A DNA stretch of 31,308 nt, taken from IMG/VR virus record IMGVR_UViG_2690316224_000023, one strand, 5' to 3'. This DNA is from a virus (Duplodnaviria; Heunggongvirae; Uroviricota; Caudoviricetes). Below the pieces are notes generated by a model. It ran no database searches. It had not been told where the DNA came from and saw only the letters and a program-made list of their open reading frames with translations. The first letter of the stretch is position 1. Each line of letters begins with the position of its first letter. The position numbers and the translations under genes were made by a program. This document shows, piece after piece, positions 25,773-31,308 of this stretch.

Positions 25773-28212
25773 CAATGTAAAATTACAGGTATTGCTCAGG
25801 GCTGTTGACCAGGCATCCCGCCCGTTTAAATCCATCCGCACAGCGAGCAAATCGCTGTCGGGGGATATCCGGGAAACACAAAAATCACTGCGCGAGCTGA
25901 ACGGTCAGGCATCCCGTATTGAGGGATTTCGCAAGACCAGTGCACAGCTCGCCGTGACTGGTCATGCACTTGAAAAGGCACGGCAGGAGGCCGAAGCCCT
26001 TGCCACACAGTTTAAAAACACCGAACGACCGACCCGTGCTCAGGCGAAAGTGCTGGAATCCGCAAAGCGTGCGGCGGAGGACTTACAGGCGAAATATAAC
26101 CGCCTGACGGATTCCGTTAAACGCCAGCAGCGGGAGCTGGCCGCTGTGGGAATTAATACCCGCAATCTTGCACATGATGAGCAGGGACTGAAAAACCGTA
26201 TCAGTGAAACCACCGCACAGCTTAACCGTCAGCGTGACGCGCTGGCGCGTGTCAGTGCGCAACAGGCAAAACTTAACGCAGTAAAACAGCGTTATCAGGC
26301 AGGCAAGGAACTGGCCGGAAATATGGCCTCGGTGGGCGCTGCCGGTGTGGGGATTGCGGCGGCGGGAACGATGGCCGGAGTTAAGTTGCTGATGCCCGGT
26401 TATGAGTTTGCGCAGAAAAACTCAGAATTACAGGCTGTGCTCGGAGTGGCAAAAGACTCCGCCGAAATGGCCGCGCTACGCAAACAGGCGCGCCAGCTTG
26501 GCGACAACACCGCCGCCTCGGCGGATGATGCAGCCGGTGCGCAGATTATCATTGCGAAAGCCGGCGGGGATGTTGATGCCATTCAGGCGGCAACGCCGGT
26601 CACGCTGAATATGGCGCTGGCGAACCGTCGCACGATGGAAGAAAACGCCGCCCTGTTGATGGGGATGAAATCCGCCTTTCAGCTTTCAAACGATAAGGTC
26701 GCTCATATCGGGGATGTTCTCTCCATGACGATGAACAAAACCGCCGCCGATTTTGACGGCATGAGCGATGCGCTGACCTATGCCGCACCAGTGGCAAAAA
26801 ATGCCGGTGTCAGCATTGAAGAAACCGCCGCAATGGTCGGGGCGCTGCATGATGCAAAAATCACAGGCTCAATGGCGGGGACGGGAAGCCGTGCCGTGTT
26901 AAGTCGCCTGCAGGCACCAACGGGAAAAGCATGGGATGCACTCAAAGAGCTTGGCGTGAAAACCTCAGACAGTAAAGGGAATACCCGACCAGTATTTACC
27001 ATTCTGAAAGAAATGCAGGCCAGTTTTGAGAAAAACCGGCTCGGTACTGCCCAGCAGGCTGAATACATGAAAACCATTTTCGGGGAGGAGGCCAGCTCAG
27101 CCGCCGCCGTGCTGATGACTGCCGCCTCAACCGGAAAGCTGGACAAACTGACCGCTGCGTTTAAAGCCTCAGACGGGAAGACCGCAGAGCTGGTAAATAT
27201 CATGCAGGACAATCTCGGTGGTGACTTTAAGGAGTTTCAGTCCGCTTATGAGGCGGTGGGGACTGACCTGTTTGACCAGCAGGAAGGCGCACTGCGTAAG
27301 CTCATGCAGACGGCCACAAAGTATGTGTTAAAACTCGACGGCTGGATACAGAAAAACAAATCACTGGCGTCAACCATTGGTCTCATTGCCGGTGGCGCAC
27401 TGGCGCTTACTGGCATCATCGGTGCCATTGGCCTCGTGGCCTGGCCGGTTATCACCGGCATCAATGCCATCATCGCGGCAGCAGGCGCAATGGGGGCAAT
27501 CTTCACGACGGTTGGTAGTGCCGTTATGACGGCCATCGGGGCGATTAGCTGGCCGGTTGTGGCCGTGGTGGCTGCCATTGTCGCCGGGGCGTTGCTTATC
27601 CGTAAATACTGGGAGCCTGTCAGCGCATTCTTTGGCGGTGTGGTTGAAGGGCTGAAAGCGGCATTTGCGCCGGTGGGGGAACTGTTTACGCCACTGAAGC
27701 CGGTGTTTGACTGGCTGGGCGAAAAGTTACAGGCCGCGTGGCAGCGGTTTAAAAACCTGATTGCCCCGGTCAAAGCCACCCAGGACGCGCTGAACCGTTG
27801 CCGTGACACGGGCGTCATGTTCGGGCAGGCACTGGCTGACGCGCTGATGCTGCCGCTTAATGCGTTCAACAAACTGTGCAGCGGTATTGACTGGGTACTG
27901 GAAAAACTCGGTGTTATCAACAAAGAGTCAGACACACTTGACCAGACCGCCGCCAGAGCTCATGCCGCCACGTATGGCACCGGTGGTTATATTCCGGCGT
28001 CCAGCTCTTATGCAGGCTATCAGGCTTATCAGCCGGTTACGGCACCGGCTGGCCGCTCTTATGTGGACCAGAGTAAAAACGAATATCACATCAGCCTGAC
28101 GGGTGGTACTGCGCCGGGGACACAGCTTGACCGCCAGTTACAGGATGCGCTCGAAAAATACGAGCGGGATAAACGCGCGCGTGCCCGTGCCAGCATGATG
28201 CATGACGGTTAA
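25765..28212 (+). CDS. T: Tail tape measure protein, P2 gpT-like
   Basis: 815 aa as P2 gpT; coiled-coil N-terminal half, Gly/Ala-rich hydrophobic segment (GLIAGGALALTGIIGAIGLVAWPVITGINAIIAAAGAMGAIF). Confidence 0.9.
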   Translation: MSNNVKLQVLLRAVDQASRPFKSIRTASKSLSGDIRETQKSLRELNGQASRIEGFRKTSAQLAVTGHALEKARQEAEALATQFKNTERPTRAQAKVLESAKRAAEDLQAKYNRLTDSVKRQQRELAAVGINTRNLAHDEQGLKNRISETTAQLNRQRDALARVSAQQAKLNAVKQRYQAGKELAGNMASVGAAGVGIAAAGTMAGVKLLMPGYEFAQKNSELQAVLGVAKDSAEMAALRKQARQLGDNTAASADDAAGAQIIIAKAGGDVDAIQAATPVTLNMALANRRTMEENAALLMGMKSAFQLSNDKVAHIGDVLSMTMNKTAADFDGMSDALTYAAPVAKNAGVSIEETAAMVGALHDAKITGSMAGTGSRAVLSRLQAPTGKAWDALKELGVKTSDSKGNTRPVFTILKEMQASFEKNRLGTAQQAEYMKTIFGEEASSAAAVLMTAASTGKLDKLTAAFKASDGKTAELVNIMQDNLGGDFKEFQSAYEAVGTDLFDQQEGALRKLMQTATKYVLKLDGWIQKNKSLASTIGLIAGGALALTGIIGAIGLVAWPVITGINAIIAAAGAMGAIFTTVGSAVMTAIGAISWPVVAVVAAIVAGALLIRKYWEPVSAFFGGVVEGLKAAFAPVGELFTPLKPVFDWLGEKLQAAWQRFKNLIAPVKATQDALNRCRDTGVMFGQALADALMLPLNAFNKLCSGIDWVLEKLGVINKESDTLDQTAARAHAATYGTGGYIPASSSYAGYQAYQPVTAPAGRSYVDQSKNEYHISLTGGTAPGTQLDRQLQDALEKYERDKRARARASMMHDG

Positions 28213-28226
28213 GGAGGTGACGAAAA

Positions 28227-28706
28227 ATGATGCTCGCGTTAGGTATGTTTGTTTTTATGCGCCAGACGCTGCCACACCAGACCATGCAGCGTGAATCAGA
28301 TTATCGCTGGCCGTCAAATTCCCGTATCGGTAAACGGGATGCCTACCAGTTTCTCGGTGTTGGCGAGGAAAACATGACGCTTGCCGGTGTGCTTTATCCC
28401 GAACTGACCGGCGGAAAGCTGACGATGACCACGCTCAGGCTGATGGCAGAGGAAGGCCGGGCGTGGCCGTTGCTGGATGGCACCGGCATGATTTACGGCA
28501 TGTATGTCATCAGCAAGGTGAGTGAAACAGGGAGTATTTTCTTTGCAGACGGCACACCACGGAAAATTGATTTTACGCTGTCGCTCACCCGCGTTGATGA
28601 GTCACTGGCCGCGCTTTATGGCGATATCGGTAAACAGGCGGAATCGCTCATCGGTAAGGCTGGCAGTATGGCGACTAAATTCACGGGTATGACGGGGGCG
28701 GGATAA
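28227..28706 (+). CDS. U: Tail protein, P2 gpU-like
   Basis: 159 aa as P2 gpU; position after T. Confidence 0.85.
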   Translation: MMLALGMFVFMRQTLPHQTMQRESDYRWPSNSRIGKRDAYQFLGVGEENMTLAGVLYPELTGGKLTMTTLRLMAEEGRAWPLLDGTGMIYGMYVISKVSETGSIFFADGTPRKIDFTLSLTRVDESLAALYGDIGKQAESLIGKAGSMATKFTGMTGAG

Positions 28707-29869
28707 TGCTGGATGCGCTGACATTTGATGCAGGCAGTACGCTGACGCCGGATTACATGCTGATGCTCGACAGCAGGGATATTACCGGCAATATCAGCGA
28801 CCGTCTGATGAGCATGACCCTGACGGATAACCGGGGCTTTGAGGCTGACCAGCTTGATATTGAACTGAACGATGCCGACGGGCAGGTCGGGCTGCCGGTT
28901 CGTGGCGCTGTCCTGACGGTGTATATCGGCTGGAAAGGTTTTGCCCTGGTATGCAAAGGGAAATTTACCGTTGATGAGGTTGAACACCGGGGCGCGCCGG
29001 ATGTGGTCACCATCCGCGCCCGGAGTGCAGATTTTCGCGGGACGCTCAATTCCCGCCGTGAAGGCTCATGGCATGACATTACGCTCGGTGCGATTGTTGA
29101 GGCGATAGCCTCCCGTAACAGGCTGGAAGCCAGTGTCGCTCCGTCACTGGCCGGAATAAAAATTCCACACATCGACCAGTCGCAGGAGTCTGATGCGAAA
29201 TTCCTGACCCGTCTTGCAGAACGCAACGGCGGTGAGGTGTCGGTAAAAATGGGAAAACTGTTGTTTCTCAAAGCGGGGCAGGGGGTGACGGCCAGCGGTA
29301 AAAAAATCCCGCAGGTCACCATCACCCGCAGCGACGGCGACCGCCATCATTTTGCGATTGCTGACCGTGGAGCCTATACCGGCGTAACGGCAAAGTGGTT
29401 ACACACCAAAGACCCGAAACCACAAAAGCAGAAGGTAAAACTGAAACGCAAAAAGAAAGAAAAACACCTGCGCGCACTGGAGCACCCGAAAGCGAAACCG
29501 GTCACGCAGAAGAAAGCGCCAAAAGTACCGGAAGCGCGCGAAGGTGAATACATGGCCGGTGAGGCTGACAACGTTTTTGCCCTGACTACGGTATATGCCA
29601 CGAAAGCGCAGGCCATGCGCGCCGCTCAGGCGAAGTGGGATAAACTGCAACGGGGTGTGGCGGAGTTCTCCATCAGCCTGGCTACCGGTCGGGCAGATAT
29701 TTACACGGAAACACCGGTTAAAGTGTCAGGCTTTAAGCGCGTCATAGACGAGCAGGACTGGACAATCACTAAGGTGACACATTTTCTGAATAATAGCGGC
29801 TTCACGACGTCCTTGGAACTTGAGGTCAGGCTTTCTGATGTGGAGTACGAAACAGAAGATGATGAGTGA
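28706..29869 (+). CDS. D: Tail/late protein, P2 gpD-like
   Basis: 387 aa as P2 gpD; start overlaps the U stop; Lys-rich low-complexity linker (KPQKQKVKLKRKKKEKH). Confidence 0.85.
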   Translation: MLDALTFDAGSTLTPDYMLMLDSRDITGNISDRLMSMTLTDNRGFEADQLDIELNDADGQVGLPVRGAVLTVYIGWKGFALVCKGKFTVDEVEHRGAPDVVTIRARSADFRGTLNSRREGSWHDITLGAIVEAIASRNRLEASVAPSLAGIKIPHIDQSQESDAKFLTRLAERNGGEVSVKMGKLLFLKAGQGVTASGKKIPQVTITRSDGDRHHFAIADRGAYTGVTAKWLHTKDPKPQKQKVKLKRKKKEKHLRALEHPKAKPVTQKKAPKVPEAREGEYMAGEADNVFALTTVYATKAQAMRAAQAKWDKLQRGVAEFSISLATGRADIYTETPVKVSGFKRVIDEQDWTITKVTHFLNNSGFTTSLELEVRLSDVEYETEDDE

Positions 29870-29950
29870 TGTTTTTGTTTTATCTGTTTGTTTTATAAGG
29901 ATAAATTAACTAAAATGGCACCATCAACAAAACCGGAAGAGGTGCTCGCG

Positions 29951-30169
29951 ATGTTTCATTGTCCTTTATGCCAGCATGCCGCACATGCGCGTACAAGCCG
30001 CTATATCACTGACACGACAAAAGAGCGTTATCACCAGTGTCAGAACGTGAATTGCAGCGCCACGTTCATCACTTATGAGTCGGTACAGCGATACATCGTA
30101 AAGCCGGGAGAAGTCCACGCCGTAAGGCCGCACCCGTTACCGTCAGGGCAGCAAATTATGTGGATGTGA
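29951..30169 (+). CDS. ogr: Late-gene transcription activator Ogr (zinc-finger), from the internal ATG of ORF 29888..30169
   Basis: 72 aa; zinc-binding CPLC ... CQNVNC arrangement; last phage gene before the host junction, as in P2. Confidence 0.85.
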   Translation: MFHCPLCQHAAHARTSRYITDTTKERYHQCQNVNCSATFITYESVQRYIVKPGEVHAVRPHPLPSGQQIMWM

Positions 30170-30179
30170 TCACAAAAAT

Positions 30180-30205
30180 AGCCCCTCAGTTGAGGGGCTT
30201 TATTT
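30180..30205 (+). terminator. Intrinsic terminator after ogr; probably overlaps the attR core region
   Basis: Hairpin GCCCCTC-AGTT-GAGGGGC (30181-30198) followed by TTTATTT; preceded by an A-rich run so it could act in both directions. Confidence 0.6.
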
Positions 30206-30297
30206 ATGGTCGATGTGGACGCTATGTGGACAGTGTTTGATATAAATCCATTTATATCATCAGGTTAGGTGCTTTTTTGTGACACCATCCCTGTCTT

Positions 30298-30324
30298 CCC
30301 CCACATGATGTGGGGTTTTTTTTT
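30298..30324 (+). terminator. Strong intrinsic terminator in the host flank upstream of fieF; possibly the 3' end of an upstream host transcript or a 3'-UTR-derived sRNA
   Basis: Stem CCCCAC / GTGGGG with a 5-nt loop, followed by a 9-nt T run (30316-30324). Confidence 0.65.
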
Positions 30325-30405
30325 ATCCTCAATTTGCCTGCTGCTTAATGCATTGCAGATGATTTGCTTCCGTTATACTAGCGTCAGTTGATAGCGGGAG
30401 TATTT

Positions 30406-31308
30406 ATGAATCAATCTTATGGACGGCTGGTCAGTCGGGCGGCGATTGCTGCGACGGCGATGGCTTCGTTGCTATTGCTGATTAAAATTTTTGCATGGTG
30501 GTATACCGGGTCGGTGAGTATTCTCGCCGCGCTGGTGGATTCGCTGGTGGATATCGGCGCGTCGTTGACGAATTTATTGGTGGTGCGATATTCCCTGCAA
30601 CCTGCCGACGATAATCACTCGTTTGGTCACGGTAAAGCTGAGTCCCTCGCGGCGCTGGCGCAAAGTATGTTTATCTCCGGTTCGGCACTATTCCTGTTTT
30701 TGACGGGTATTCAACATCTGATATCTCCAACACCGATGACAGATCCAGGCGTCGGGGTTATCGTGACAATTGTGGCGCTAATTTGTACGATTATCCTTGT
30801 CTCGTTTCAGCGTTGGGTGGTGCGGCGGACGCAAAGCCAGGCGGTGCGGGCTGATATGCTACATTACCAGTCTGATGTTATGATGAACGGCGCAATTCTG
30901 CTGGCGCTGGGGTTGTCCTGGTACGGCTGGCATCGCGCCGATGCTCTGTTTGCATTGGGAATCGGCATCTATATTTTATATAGCGCGTTACGCATGGGAT
31001 ATGAGGCGGTACAGTCATTACTGGATCGCGCATTGCCTGATGAGGAACGGCAAGAAATTATTGATATCGTGACTTCCTGGCCGGGTGTTAGCGGCGCTCA
31101 CGATCTTCGCACGCGGCAGTCAGGGCCGACCCGCTTTATTCAGATTCATTTGGAAATGGAAGACTCTCTGCCTTTGGTTCAGGCACATATGGTGGCGGAT
31201 CAGGTAGAGCAGGCTATTTTACGGCGTTTTCCGGGATCGGATGTAATTATCCATCAGGACCCCTGTTCCGTCGTACCCAGGGAGGGTAAACGGTCTATGC
31301 TTTCATAA
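30406..31308 (+). CDS. fieF: Host cation-diffusion-facilitator ferrous-iron/zinc efflux transporter FieF (YiiP); 300 aa from ATG 30406 (ORF track begins at 30388)
   Basis: Sequence matches E. coli FieF/YiiP as I remember it, including metal-site residues at D45/D49 (LVDSLVD) and H153/D157 (LHYQSD); GC content and codon style differ from the adjacent prophage. Confidence 0.9.

Noticed and set aside
26778-27935. Two long minus-strand ORFs (144 and 229 aa) within the tape-measure gene
   Set aside because: Antisense to the 815-aa T ORF; Ala/Ser/Pro-rich translation typical of the reverse strand of a Gly/Ala-rich gene.
1-31308. CRISPR arrays, tRNA/rRNA genes, IS elements or transposases
   Set aside because: No regularly spaced direct repeats, no tRNA-like cloverleaf candidates and no transposase-like ORFs were seen; the only recombinases are the phage integrase and the invertase.

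Overview
The window is almost entirely a P2-like (Peduovirus-type) temperate myovirus prophage, running from the integrase stop codon at position 1 to the late activator ogr at about 30.17 kb, followed by the host ferrous-iron/zinc efflux gene fieF. Gene order and most protein lengths match the P2 backbone: int-C | cox-B-(small ORFs)-A | cargo | cos | Q-P (minus strand) | O-N-M-L-X-Y-K-lysABC-R-S-V-W-J-I-H-G | invertible segment + invertase | FI-FII-E/E'-T-U-D-ogr. attL lies outside the window; attR must lie between ogr and fieF. Two loci depart from the backbone. (1) Between replication gene A and cos, where P2 carries old/tin, there is a single strongly AT-rich 735-aa gene (6018..8225, minus strand). 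It encodes an ABC/SMC-like ATPase head split by a long coiled-coil insert carrying a CxxC motif, plus a C-terminal domain with an R-x3-E...H motif. This is the best candidate in the window for an anti-phage defence protein; its domain layout most resembles RloC/PrrC-type anticodon nucleases, but that assignment is unverified. (2) The tail-fibre gene H has an exchangeable 3' end inside a roughly 1.75-kb invertible segment bounded by about 19-bp inverted repeats, with a convergent pair of tail-fibre assembly genes and an adjacent Hin/Gin-family invertase. Other visible signals are the P2-type 19-nt cos sequence, the T-TTT-TTG slippery site for the E/E' frameshift, an o-spanin gene embedded in lysB, and palindromic operator-like repeats in the C/cox switch region. 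No CRISPR array, tRNA, rRNA or IS element was seen. All family assignments rest on motif reading, synteny and remembered P2 gene sizes; no database search was run.
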